A DNA stretch of 64,000 nt from Octopus sinensis. Its lineage: Eukaryota. Both the position numbers and the translations under genes were made by a program. Below the pieces are notes generated by a model. It was given only the letters and a program-made list of their open reading frames with translations. It was not told where the DNA came from and searched no databases. This document shows, piece by piece, positions 13,367-25,724 of this stretch. Numbering within the stretch: the stretch's first letter is position 1; each line of letters starts with the position of its first letter. The DNA lies in NCBI RefSeq assembly GCF_006345805.1, contig NC_043000.1, forward strand, positions 126,170,001-126,234,000. Reading direction: 5' to 3'.

Positions 13367-14000
13367 AGTGACCGGGACCTTTAGAAATATGCTGTGCTTG
13401 AGAAGACCCAGCAAGCTAAGTGAGACCATAACCTTGTGGCCTATGCCAGGGATGTAACCAGCCCACTTATGTGTACCTTTCCTTCATTGGACACTAAACT
13501 CTGCTTGTGAAGACCTGTTGAGGCAAGTGAAATCGAAAGTGAAATCAAATTCGATGACTGGTATCTGTGCTAGTGGAGCACTAAGAGCACCATCCGAGCA
13601 TGATTATTGCCAGAGCAACAAACTGGCTTCTGTGCTGGTGGCACATAAAAAGCTCCATTCAAGCGTGATCGTTACCTGCATCGCCTTGCTGGCACATGAA
13701 AAAACATTCAAGCGAGGTTGTTGCCAGTGCCGCTGGACTGGCTCCTGTGCAGGTGGCATGTAAAAACACCATTTGAGTGTGGCCATTGCCAGTACTGCCT
13801 GGCTGGCCCTCATGCCGGTGGCATGTAAAAGCATCCACTACACTCTCAGAGTGGTTGGCGTTAGGAAGGGCATCCAGCTGTAGAAACTCTACCAGATCAG
13901 ACTGAAGCCTGGTGCAGCCATCTGGTTCGCCAGTCCTCAGTCAAATCATCCAACCCATGCCAGCATGGAAAGCGGACGTTAAACAATGATGATGATGATG
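13367..14000 (+). mobile_element. 5'-truncated RTE 3' end with (GAT)n tail
   Basis: Homologous to the reverse complement of 20180-20870; ends AAACAATGATGATGATG. Confidence 0.8.
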
Positions 14001-14730
14001 TAATCCAAAATAAGAGACAAAGATTAAAATTACAGAAGATATTTACAGTACTTATCCACTGATTCCTGATGTGGAACAAAATACTGCAGCAACAAATTAT
14101 CAAAGTGTACCATAAAAACACTTTAAAAAATGTTACTTAAAGTAAAATTCTGAATTCTCCAACTTCTTTTCACCCTCAACTCTATTTCTTTCATGCACCC
14201 CCACCTGCTCATATTCACCCATATAACCTGGAATAGCTCACAATTCCTCCCTACTCAAACCACTTTCCATCATCTTCACACTCTCTTTTTTATTATCCTT
14301 TGATACTTTCCTTCTATTTCTCCCCCACAATGCTATTTCCTCCGTTATTTTCTCCACTACCACCTCTCCCTTCTTTCCTCAACACCTTGCTTAAAGTCAT
14401 CAATCTTTCTCCTAGTCTCTCTCTCTTTCTCTCTCTCTCTCTCTCAACTGCAGAGGCCTCTCTAGTCTTCCAAGTTACAAAGCAACCACTTTAGTGTTGG
14501 GGCCACAAAAACGTACTGGTGAATTGAGAAGAGACAGCATAAGGTTGAGAACACTCTTTAATCTTACCAAGAGCATGACAACCTCTCTAGTGCTGGTATC
14601 ACAAGAAAATTTCTCCGGTAAAGTGGTTGGTGCTATGAAGGAAATCCAGCCAATGAAATCTTGCCAAAATTGAGATGTTTGTGCAAAACGCTGTCATCCT
14701 ACAATGAAAGCATAGAAAACAAACATAAAA

Positions 14731-14901
14731 TGCAGGAGTGGCCGTGTGGTAAGTAGCTTGCTTACCAACAACATGGTTCCAGGTTCAGTCCCACTGTGTG
14801 GCACCTTGGGCAAGTGTCTTCTACTATAGCCTTGGGCTGACCAATGCCATGTGAGTGAATTTGGGAGAGGGAAACTGAAAGAAGCCTGTCGTATATATGT
14901 G

Positions 14902-14952
<51 letters not shown>

Positions 14953-15155
14953 TTGTGTCTGTGTTTGTCCCCCTCAACATCACTAGACAACCAATGCTGG
15001 TGTGTTTACGTCACTGTAACTTAGCGGTTCGGCAAAAAGAGACCGATAGAATAAGTACTAGGCTTACAACGAATAAGTCCTGGGGTCAATTTGTTCGACT
15101 AAAGGTGGTGCTCCAGCATGGCCACAGTCAAAGGACTAAAACAAGTAAAAAGTAA
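14731..15155 (+). mobile_element. SINE family A copy
   Basis: Full-length match with central (TA)(TG) tract. Confidence 0.9.
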
Positions 15156-15189
15156 GTAATAATCCTTCCAGTCTACTGTACTGCTTGTG

Positions 15190-15480
15190 AAGGCACATGG
15201 CTTAGTGGTTAGGAGAATCAGCTTGCAATTGTAAGGTTGTGAGTTCAATTACCAGTGACGCATTACTCCAATCCACTCAATTGGCAAAACTGAGTTTTAC
15301 CTGAAATTCAAAGGGCCAGCCTTGTTACAGTCTGTATCACACTGAATCTCCCAGAGAGCTACATTAAGGGTACACATGTCTGTGGAGTGCTCAGCCACTT
15401 ACACATTAATTTCACAAGTAAGCTGTTCAGTTGATCAAATCAGCTGCAACCCTCATCATCATAACTGACAGAGTGCCACT
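15190..15480 (+). mobile_element. tRNA-derived SINE, family D
   Basis: Head GGCACATGGCTTAGTGGTTAG..GAGTTCAATT; reverse copy at ~27335-27655. Confidence 0.7.
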
Positions 15481-15713
15481 GTACCATTATTATCATTATT
15501 ATTCTGTTGTTCTTCATGCCACCCTATTTTAGCAGCCCCACCTGTTATCCACTACTCACTACATCCACTCCTCAATTCTACTCAATTTCTATAGTTGTCA
15601 CTTACACTTCCCTTTGTATTATTCAACCATTCAACACCTGTTCTTTGAATTACAAACTAGCAAAACCTTTATCAATTATTTCAGCAAGTACGACATACTC
15701 AACAACTTCTAAG

Positions 15714-15767
<54 letters not shown>

Positions 15768-16869
15768 CCACACGTAAATGTTGAATGATGAAAATGAGTG
15801 CTCAACATTGCATTGGTGGATATAATTTCTTTATTTGTGAATTAAGGCTACCATTGGTTTCATGTTAAGAAAAGTAGGAAAATATCCTAATGTTTTTCAA
15901 AATGGATTTCAACACCTTTCTCCCTGTGATCGGCTTGAAAAATTGTTTTGTCAAAGAAATTGAGCCCAGTAGTTATTTAAGTCTGGTACTTAATCACCCT
16001 AATTTACCAAACTGTTTAGTTATAAGGACAAACACCAATTGTCAAATGGTGGTGGGGCAAAACACAAAGACACACACATACATACATGTATGTATGTATA
16101 TATGTATATATGTGTGTCTGTGTGTGTGTGTGTGTATTAATAATTACTGTTCTATTCTTTAGAGTATCCTTTTCTGATATATGTTTTACTGGCTATATAT
16201 ATGTGTGTGTGTGTGTGTGTATATACACACACAACACATAACACGCTTCCACACAGTTTCCATTTATCAAATTCACTCATGAGGCATTGGTCATTGGTCA
16301 TTTAGCAGCTCTGGTAGAAGACACTTGCTCAAGGTGTCATGCAGTGGGACTGAACCCAAAACCACATGATTGAAAATCAAGCATCTTAACCATAGTCATA
16401 CCTCTTCTATATACATGTGCATGGTGTGTGTTTGTGCATGTGAATGTATGCACGTGCGTGTGTGTGTTTTCTCTCATTGATTTTGTCCTTAATATTTCGT
16501 AATCATAGTAACCCAGAATAAGAATAGCTGTGTCACAGTACTCAAAAGGCAAAACTGAAGAGAGAGAATTAAGAAAGGATGTGTGTATGCGTACAAAATA
16601 ATACATGTGTTTGTGAATATAAGAACCAGCATGCAGATGTTCTGAAAGGAAGCAAAGTGGTCTGAAGATGGAGGAGCTTCCTGAATAGATAATTAAGGAA
16701 TGATCCGCCTTTAAGCAAGGGAATAATACCGTCTTGTACAATCTTGTTGATGAAGGGAATATCTTGAGTGGCACCAGTCTAATCTTAACATTTATATTAC
16801 AAGAAAGTCTGTATGGTAATGCAACCTGCTAGAGATAACAGTCAAATCTCCCTCTAACATTTATATTCT

Positions 16870-17250
16870 TTTGTACTCTAGGCACAAGGCCCGAAATTTT
16901 TTTGAGAAATGGTGGTGGGGCAGTCAATTAGATCGACCCCAGTATGCAACTGGTACTTAATTTATTGACTCTGAAAGGATGAAAGGCAACGTTGACCTCT
17001 GTGGAATTTGAACTCAGAACATAAAGACGGACTAAATACCTATTTCTTTACTACCCACAAGGGGCTAAACACAGAGAGGACAAACAAGGACGGACAAACG
17101 GATTAAGTCGATTATATCAACCCCAGTGCGCAACTGGTACTTATTTAATTGACCCCTAAAGGATGAAAGGCAAAGTCGACCTCAGCGGAATTTGAACTCA
17201 GAATGTAGTGGCATACGAAATACTGCTAAGCACTTTGCCCAGCGTGCTAA
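16870..17250 (-). mobile_element. SINE family B dimer
   Basis: Two consecutive units matching 11830-12255. Confidence 0.85.
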
Positions 17251-17694
17251 CATTATATTACAATAAGAAAGCCTTTGTGCATCAATTCAACCCACTAGAA
17301 ATAACAGTCAAATCGCCATCAAGTCTTGAAAATCACGAAAGATGAGCTTGGATGAAAAGGTAGAATGATATGGTTTAAATGCTTTGCATCATACATCTAA
17401 CCAATCAGGAGTGGCCTGGAACAAAACACAATAGGAGTTGCATTTCTTGAAGGATTTTGTTTATTATAATCATTGATTTCAAATTTTGGCACAAAGCCAG
17501 CAATCTCAGGGGAGGAGGTAAGTCAATTACATTGACCCTAGTGCTCAACTGGTACCTATTTTATCAATCTCAAAAGGATGAAAGGCCTCAACAGAATTTG
17601 AACCCAGAACATAAAGACAGACAAAATGTTGCTAAGCATTTTGCCCAGCATGCTAACGATTCTGCCAGCTCACTGTCTTTTTGCTTATTATAAT

Positions 17695-18197
17695 TATTAC
17701 CTCCACCTAAGCAAAGGCAGAGGTATTGTTTTCAGTTGTGTTTGTTTGTTTGTTTGTCCATGGGCAAGATATCTCAAGAACCGCTGGATGGATTCGGATG
17801 AAACTTTCAGGGATGTTTGGCCTCATGACTGGCACAAAATGATTAGATTTTGGGATCGATCTGGTACCGGACAAGGATTCTGGATTATTTTTTATATTTT
17901 CTTTACTTTACATGTATATGTAAAGTTTCACATAGTTCTCTTGTACATGCACACACATACACACATATACTCACACATTTTGAGCATTGAACATTACCAT
18001 TCCATTTCCATTATACACGCACACACACACACACACACATACCTCTCTTTTACACACACATATACTCACACTTCAAATGCTGTTTATAGGCTTTTTCAAT
18101 CCTTTCTATGTTATTCATCTATCCCCACTTACTTTCTCATTCATACAATGCTCTCTTTGCCATTTATCTCCTCTACCTTCACCTCTCACACTGGCTC

Positions 18198-18228
<31 letters not shown>

Positions 18229-18233
18229 TACAT

Positions 18234-18278
<45 letters not shown>

Positions 18279-18758
18279 ATCCGAACAAGAAAGCACAAAA
18301 AAAACACAACAACGCGAGGACGTGGAACAAATATAGTATTATTGGACGCTCAGGAAAGAAGGAAAGAAGGAGGGTTTAACGTTTCGAGTGGAGCTCTTTG
18401 TCGGAAACATAGGAGAAGGAAAGGTCCAGAGAAGGGAAGACAGGATAAAAAATCGCCAACGGCACACACAAGGTCAAATATATAAAAAGACAATACTCAT
18501 TATTATATTAGGAAATTATACATACATTTTAACACTTTACAGTATACTTACATATATGCATAATTCTATGCATCACTCTAAAACAACAGGATTACTAAAG
18601 AAAGATCGGAATTTAAGAGAAGAGAAACCCAAAAGCTCTCATGATATTCATTGAAAGATTTTATTTGAGATATTCTCATTTTAAAAATCATCTCCAGTTA
18701 ATCATTGAACGGATGTTGGCGTTGTGTTGGCCAAAGTTTGCACTCTCTGAGTGCTCTT
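17695..18758 (+). mobile_element. Helentron-associated (HINE/DINE-1-like) non-autonomous element
   Basis: 5' stem TTACCTCCACC..GGCAGAGGTA, (GTTT)n microsatellite, core, and 3' GGCCAAAGTTT + hairpin GCACTCTCTGAGTGC then T-rich end; truncated second copy at 32841-32962. Confidence 0.6.
18273..18480 (-). mobile_element. Penelope-like terminal-repeat remnant in (TA)n with decayed minimal hammerhead
   Basis: Minus strand GTTT-CCGACAA-AGAGCTCCACTC-GAAA-CGTT-AAAC; related unit at 59425-59620. Confidence 0.5.
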
Positions 18759-19030
18759 AATAATGGTTTCTTTAAAATAAATCATAAAAGCTTTATTTAT
18801 ATTTGTTCTTCTTTTCTGGCAGTGGTGGAGAATTAAGGAAATTTGTGATGTGCAGACATTCATGCCTTTCCAAAAGACATTAGTAGTATAAGTACATTTG
18901 CATTAGCTGAGTCAAAATTTGGTCACTGTCTTCACTTAATACACCTTTATCTCTTGTTTTTTGGAACAAAAATTGAAAAAGGAAATTGTCATTTTAACCT
19001 GAAATTTATGATGTATAAATCCTTTTAGAA

Positions 19031-19556
19031 TACCGTAATTCTTCAAGTATAGTCCGCCATTGAGTATAATACGCAGGGGATTTTTAGTTGGCTGTATCTC
19101 TGAAAAACCTAAACCTTGTGTATAATACGCACCCCTTCTCTAACTTGAGTCGTACATAATTAAGCCAGCAGCACCTAGTCGAACAAACATTTTCGCACAT
19201 GCGTAATACAATAATGGTGATGTTCTCAACTTTTATATGGGAATGTAAATATGTTTGCAAATTGTTTTTGTTACATGTTATTCTGTGTTCTGAATACTTT
19301 TATTTTAATAAATGTTGCTTACTGCAAGTTATGGATGATTCTTTTATGACTTCATTGCTTTCAGGCTTAGCTTAATATATTTTCGCACCCGACATCACAA
19401 AATGCGTCTGAATAAACATTGCCAGACAGCAAATAGATTTTTGGACATTGATTAGAAAATATTTTTCATTTTTAACCTCGTATATAGTAAGCACTAGGGA
19501 TTTTGACCTTTAAATTTTGGGAAAAACATGCGGATTATACTCGAGGATTTACGGTA
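19031..19556. mobile_element. Tc1/mariner-superfamily (pogo/Tigger-like) MITE
   Basis: TIRs CCGTAATTCTTCAAGTATAGTCCGC / GCGGATTATACTCGAGGATTTACGG flanked by TA. Confidence 0.85.
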
Positions 19557-20179
19557 TGTGATTTCCCTAGTAGTTGCAGGTATTACAAGGGAGATAACCA
19601 TTTCTTCATAATATTTTATAGGAATTGAATTTGAAATTAAGGGATTATAAGGAAAAAAATGCATAGGCTTCATGTGTTTAATTTTGTTTTTGTTTATTTA
19701 TTACAAAGTTCTTGAAATTTGTAGACAATTGGTAACCATGTATATCACTATTTCATTATTTTTTTAGAAATCATCAGGATGATATAACCTATGACTTATT
19801 AATTAAGCATTTTCTAGAATGAGACATTTCATTAATGGTGGAAAATTCATGGAATGTATGCTTTTCTTTTCTTTTTCATTACAAAATCTTAGTTGTTTAT
19901 GAACAGAAAGAAAGGAGAGAGTTCATAGAGTTTATTTAAAGGATTATATAGTGTTTACATGACTGTTTGTTCAGAATCTTTCTCATTTCTTAAGCAATCA
20001 ATAAATGTTTGTAACAAATGATAATGATGTCAAAGTATTTTGAAGTGTTTATGTTTTAGAGTTATTTGTAACAGTTTCCTGCTATTCCTTACCAGATATT
20101 TTTGAAACCTTTCAATAGACAGTTTCTTATAACAGTATTTAATTACAAAGGGCCTCCACCACCACACATTTCCTTTATA

Positions 20180-23100
20180 TCATCATCATCATCATCATCA
20201 TCATCGTTTAGCGTCCGTTTTCCATGCTAGCATGGGTTGGACGGTTCTACTGGGGTCTGTGAAGCCAGAAGGCTTCATCAGGCCCAGTCAAATCTGGCAG
20301 TGTTTCTACGGCTTGATGCCCTTCCTAACGCCAACCACTCCGTGAGTGTAGTGGGTGCTTTTTACGTGCCACCCGCACTGGTGCCAGACAGAGCTGGCAA
20401 ACGGCCACGAACGGATGGTGCTTTTTATGTGCCACCGGCACGAGGGCCAGGCGAGGCTGGCAACGGACACGAAACGGGGCGGTGCTGGCAACGGTCGCGA
20501 AACGGAAAGTTCTCTTACATGCCACGGCACTGGTAACACATCTGCAATTTCCATGATCGATTTCCATGATCGATTTTCGTTTCATTGATCGATTTCGATT
20601 CTGATCGTCACTTGCCTCAACGGGTCTTCACAAGCAGAGTTTTGACATGCCACCGGCACTGGTAGCACATCCGCAATTTCCATCGATCGATTTCGATTCT
20701 GATCCTCACTTGCCTCATCACGTCTTCACAAGTAGAGTTTTGTGTCCCAAGAAGGGAAGGTATGCATACGTAGGCTGGCTCCATCCCATGTAGAAGCCAC
20801 GGGTTATGGACTCACTTGTCCTGCCGGGTCTTCTCGCGCACAGCACACTTCCAGAGGTCTCGGTCTCTAGTCATTTCCTCAGTGAGACCTAAAGTTCGAA
20901 GGTCGTGCTTCACCACCTCGTCCCAGGTTTTCCTGGGTCTGCCTCTTCCACAGGTTCCCTCAACCGCTAGGGTGTGGCACTTTTTCACAAACTATCTTCA
21001 TCCATTCTCGCCACATGACCATACCAGCGCAAACGTCTCTCTTGCACACCACAACTGATGTTTCTTAGGTCCAGCTTTTCTCTCAAGGTACTTACACTCT
21101 GCCGAGTGTGAGTACCGGCATTACACATCCATCGGAGCATACTGGCTTCATTTCTAGCGAGCTTACGCATATCCTCAGCAGTCACGGCCCATGTTTCACT
21201 GCCATGTAGCATGGCTGTTCGTACACACGCATCATACAGTCTGCCTTTCACTCTGTGCGAGAGGCCTTTTGTCACCAGTAGAGGTAAGAGCTCTCTGAAC
21301 TTTGCCCAAGCTATTCTTACTCTAGCAGTTACACTTTCAGCACACCCGCCCCCGCTGCTGACTTGGTCACCTAGGTAACGGAAACTATCAACTATTTCTA
21401 GTTTTTCTCCCTGGAAAGTGACGGAAGTTGGTCTCAGAGCATTTTCAGTGTTTATTGTTCCTGAGCATCTGCCACATACAAAAACCATCTTCCTAGTTAG
21501 CCTTCCTTTGACATTGCTGCATCTCTTATGTGTCCATAGCTTACACTTGGTGCATCTTATAGAGTTTCTACCTACACCTTTTCTACAGATCGAGCAGGGC
21601 CATCTACCTGAAGGTGTTTGTGATTTGTCTACCTTCCTACTGATTACGACTTTGGTTTTAGCTAGATTGACTCTGAGGCCCTTCGATTCTAATCCTTGTT
21701 TCCACACCTGAAACTTCTCCTCCAGTTCTGATAGCAACTCAGCAATTAGAGCAAGGTCATCAGCATAGAGGAGCTCCCAAGGGCATCCTGTCTTGAATTC
21801 CTCCGTTATTGCCTGGAGGACTATGATAAATAGGAGGGGGCTGAGTACTGAGCCTTGGTGGACTCCTACCTCTACCCAGAATTCTTCACTGTACACATTT
21901 CCAACCCTCACCCTACTAGCGGCGTCCCTGTACATGGCCCGCACAGCTCTCACTAACCATTCATCTATCCCTAGTTTCCTCATTGCCCACCAGATAAGGG
22001 ATTGGGGGACCCTGTCGAAGGCTTTCTCCATGTCAACAAAAGCCAGGTACAGGGGCTTATCTTTGGCTAGGTATTTCTCCTGCAGCTGCCTTACCAGGAA
22101 TATAGCATCAGTAGTACTTTTCCCTGGCACAAACCCAAACTGCATCTCATCTAAACTAACTCTCTCTCTAATTAGTTGGGCTATGACCCTCTCCGTAACC
22201 TTCATCACCTGGTCCAACAGCTTGATACCTCTGTAGTTATTTGTATCTAGGGCATCACCTTTACCTTTGTAGCAGTTGACTATTATACTGCTACACCAGT
22301 CATTGGGTATGACCCCTTTGTGTATCACCTGATTAACTATACGGGTGACTAGGCTATAGCCGACACTACCAGACATTTTGAGCATCTCTGCAGTGATTCC
22401 TGATGGGCCTGGGGCTTTCCCTGTCTTCATGCTTCTAATTGCCTTAGCTACCACGGAACTATCAACTCGGATAGCTGGTCCCTCTGTTGGGTCAACATTC
22501 GGCAGACTCTCTTTATCCCATTCATTTTCTTCATTCAGCAACCTTTCATAGTGGCATCTCCAAACCTCTCTCTTTGCATCCTCATTTAGCGCAAGTGAAC
22601 CATCTTCCATGCGAACACACTTCTCTCCTACCACATCACGATTCTCTCTCACACACTGTCTTGCAACACGAAACACCTCCAGTCTTTGGTCCTCACGGCG
22701 CAGAACATTGGCAAATTTTTTCTTATCTGCTTCCCCTCTGGCTAAATAAACCTGTCTCCTAGCTTCTCTTTTGGCAGTCTGATACAATCCCCTGCTACCC
22801 CCATTTTTCCAGACCTTCCAAGCCTGTCTCTTTTCTCTAATAGCCCTGTCTACAATATTGTTCCACCACCACGTTATTCTAGGTCGAGAGGGGACTTTGC
22901 ACCAGCCACAGATCTGGTCAGTGGCTCTCAGCAGGTTGTCCCTTAGAAACGTCCAGCTGTCTTCTACCCCCTGTGATGCTCTATCCCCTTCTAGTTCGTC
23001 AGAGGCTTCAAGTAATATGTCCCTAAATCTCTGTCCATTTGCAGGATCTTTAAGCTTCCAGATCCTTCTTCTCCATATTTGTCGTCTTCTGGTTGTCCTC

Positions 23101-24648
23101 CTAGTCCTGATCCTAAAGTCACTAACTACCAGTCTATGTTGTGGGGTACATTCTTCACCTGGAAGGTTTTGGCATTTATAAGCAGCCATCTCTCCCTTTG
23201 CCTTGTAAGGATGTAGTCAATTTGGCTGGTATGTTGGCCCGATTGGTAAGTGACTAGGTGGCTGGTAGGTTTCCTGAAGTTAGTGTTGCAAATCATAAGA
23301 TTATTTGCATCGCAGAACTCCAGCAGCCTGGTTCCCTCCTCGTTGCGGGAGCCATAGCCATAGCCTCCATGTACGCCATGGAAGCCCCCAGCATGTCGTC
23401 CAACGTGACCATTGAAGTCACCAGCCACAAAGATAAGGTCTCTGTCGTTCGTCAACGAGGTAGTCTGCAGTAGAGTGTCATAGAATCGGTCTTTCTGTCC
23501 ATCGGGTAGCCCCGACTGAGGAGCATAGGCTGATATAATGGTTGCTAAACTATGATGAAGCACTAATCTAATCTTAAGTATTCTGTCACATACTCTGATT
23601 ACCTCAATTACTTTATCTACCCATTTCTCAGCGATAAGTATACCCACGCCACCAACCCCGTCAGTGTTCCCTGCCCAGAAAATCTTGTACCTGCGTTCCT
23701 TGCCTGTGAGGAGGAACTAGCTGATCCTCCTCTCCACCTTATTTCTTGCATGCAACATATATCCACACATCTCCGTTCAAGCATCTCGACTATCTCACCA
23801 GACCTACCTTTCAGAGTGCCAACGTTGAGGGTGCCAACCCTGAGGGTGTGGGAGGCATGGGCTCTAGAGACCCTGGGACGGTGGACAGTAGCTTCGTGTA
23901 CCTGAAAAGAAAGCTCGCATTTGGCAGAATTCATGTGCAAGAAATGAAGTAGTAAAGTAGCCTTCAGTACAACCTGCATAACGCTAGCCTTTCATATTTT
24001 GCACTGTATGAACATTACCTTACACAGGTCGAGACTAGGGGTAGGGAGGGGTAGGGATGGTGAGAACATTTGCAGTCTTCATGGGAAGCAACCCCGGAAT
24101 GGCAGAGAATAGGAACTTCCGTCATGCGTGGTGGGGGTGGGAGGGCGGGTGCACCGTGTCTGAGTAAAGAGGTTCTGTTAATCGTATGAGCTAGCAAATG
24201 GGTTTGTATGAATCGGGAGACAACACTAAACGAAAAATTGAAAAATCAGAGTGGCTATGAACCTGTAGACAAGTCTAAACGAAAAAAAAATGTTTGAGCT
24301 AGACAGGGTAATGAGGGAATACTGAAAGAATGAGGGACAATACAATGAGATGGAAATTGAAGAATAGAGAAAGAATAAGAATAAGTGCAAGAAAGAAGGT
24401 AGTCGTAGCGAGGTTGGACGATTCACTTAACTTTTAGCCATTCATGATCTGTGCGTATTCTTTAGATATTTTGAAGCGAGTGGGGTTAACGATAAATGCG
24501 ATCGCTCTTTTATATATGGCGATGATGGTTTTGGGAAGGGGGGGGGGCATAGAGAACCATGGCGATGATGGTTATGGGAAGGGGGGACATAGAGAGAGAG
24601 AGATAGGGTTAGTTAGAGAGAGAGGTCAAGGGACACGTGACAATAAGC

Positions 24649-24650
<2 letters not shown>
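20180..24650 (-). mobile_element. Near-full-length RTE-clade LINE
   Basis: Single long EN+RT frame, ~630-nt 3' UTR with internal tandem units and (GAT)n tail; 5' end approximate, abutting (TA)n at 24650. Confidence 0.95.
20812..23979 (-). pseudogene. RTE polyprotein (APE endonuclease + reverse transcriptase), disrupted by frameshifts at ~23715, ~23160 and ~20990
   Basis: EN motifs GTLNVG, MQEIRW, SAYAPQ, AGDFNGHVG, SQIDYIL, QHRLV; RT motifs KAPGPSGI, NYRGIKLL, QFGF, DMEKAFD, GVHQGSVLSP, YADD, FRYLG; C-terminus RGRPRKTW..RQDK* ends at 20812. Confidence 0.95.
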
Positions 24651-24692
<42 letters not shown>

Positions 24693-24697
24693 ATATA

Positions 24698-24904
24698 TGA
24701 GAGGGTGCTGAAAAGTTCCTGGCTTTGAGGATATCATGAAAGACCTGGTTGGAAGCCCAACTGTCTGAGTTCTTTTACAAGGCTTAGAAAAACTGAAGGA
24801 CTGCTGCAATAAGAGAGGGGAATATGTTGAATAAAATCATAATTAACTGATCCTCCTGCATTTTCTTTCACCCCAAGCCAGAAACTTTTCAACCCTCCCC
24901 CTCA
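24698..24904 (+). mobile_element. mariner-derived MITE retaining the transposase C-terminus
   Basis: TIRs TGAGAGGGTGCTGAAAAGTTCCTGGCTT / AAGCCAGAAACTTTTCAACCCTCCCCCTCA in a TA tract; internal remnants ..LQGLEKLKDCCNK..GEYVE*. Confidence 0.8.
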
Positions 24905-25329
24905 TGTATATGTGTATATAAATATATATATATATATATATATTGTATATATCCAAATTAGGTTGAATATTGCAGTATAAATTATATTATTTTTCCTATG
25001 TTCCTATTTAGTGTAGCTAATTCATTTAACTTTTAATTGAGGATATTATAATTATGTATTATTACTGGATCAGTGAGGGTATTTATGTTCATTTCTAGTT
25101 AACCTTTTAATGCTCCCTGCATTAAACAGGTTAACACTAATTTCATTACAGTTATTCATGTGAATGACTTTTCTAAATCATTCTTCTCTAGGCCATTCTA
25201 TTTTCTCATTTCAATCATCGTAGAATGTTAGAAAATTACTTAGTGTACTTACTTCAGTAAGTATAGTGAAAGCAATCTCTTACTGATGAGGTCAGGATAA
25301 TATCAAATTGGCTAAAATGTTTCTTTTGC

Positions 25330-25720
25330 CATTAACCATCTTACAAACAATAACTCTGAGCACCTTTTCAAACTCCACCTGTCTAACACCCATGGACATG
25401 TTTACAAAGTCAGAAAACAGCACAGCTCCCATGACTTTTGGAAAAATATTTTTTCACGCTGAGAGTTGCTGAAGCATGGAACAAACTGCTGGCATCAGTT
25501 GTTAGTTGTCGGAGCACTGTATCCTTCAAAACTTCCATGCTTCCTGAGATTCGCCAACACTACACCTGATTTTTCTCCCCTCCATACACACGCAAGCATG
25601 TATCTGACTCATACACTGTTCACTTTCCAGACATTTTTACATTACTGCATATGCTTTATATGCACTTTTGACAAGTTGTGGTGCACCTGAGCACTGTATA
25701 CAATAATTTCATTATTATTT
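25330..25720 (+). mobile_element. CR1-type LINE 3' fragment
   Basis: ..HLFKLHLSNTHGHVYKVRKQ..LRVAEAWNKLLASVVSCRSTVSFK.. (CR1 C-terminal TRGH/WN.LP pattern), short 3' UTR and (ATT)n tail. Confidence 0.8.
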
Positions 25721-25724
25721 AATA

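Noticed and set aside
17626-18379. 217-aa and 130-aa ORFs
   Set aside because: Run through SINE, Helentron-like element and CA/TA microsatellites
21418-23473. Plus-strand ORFs over the RTE
   Set aside because: Antisense shadows of the RT/EN frame
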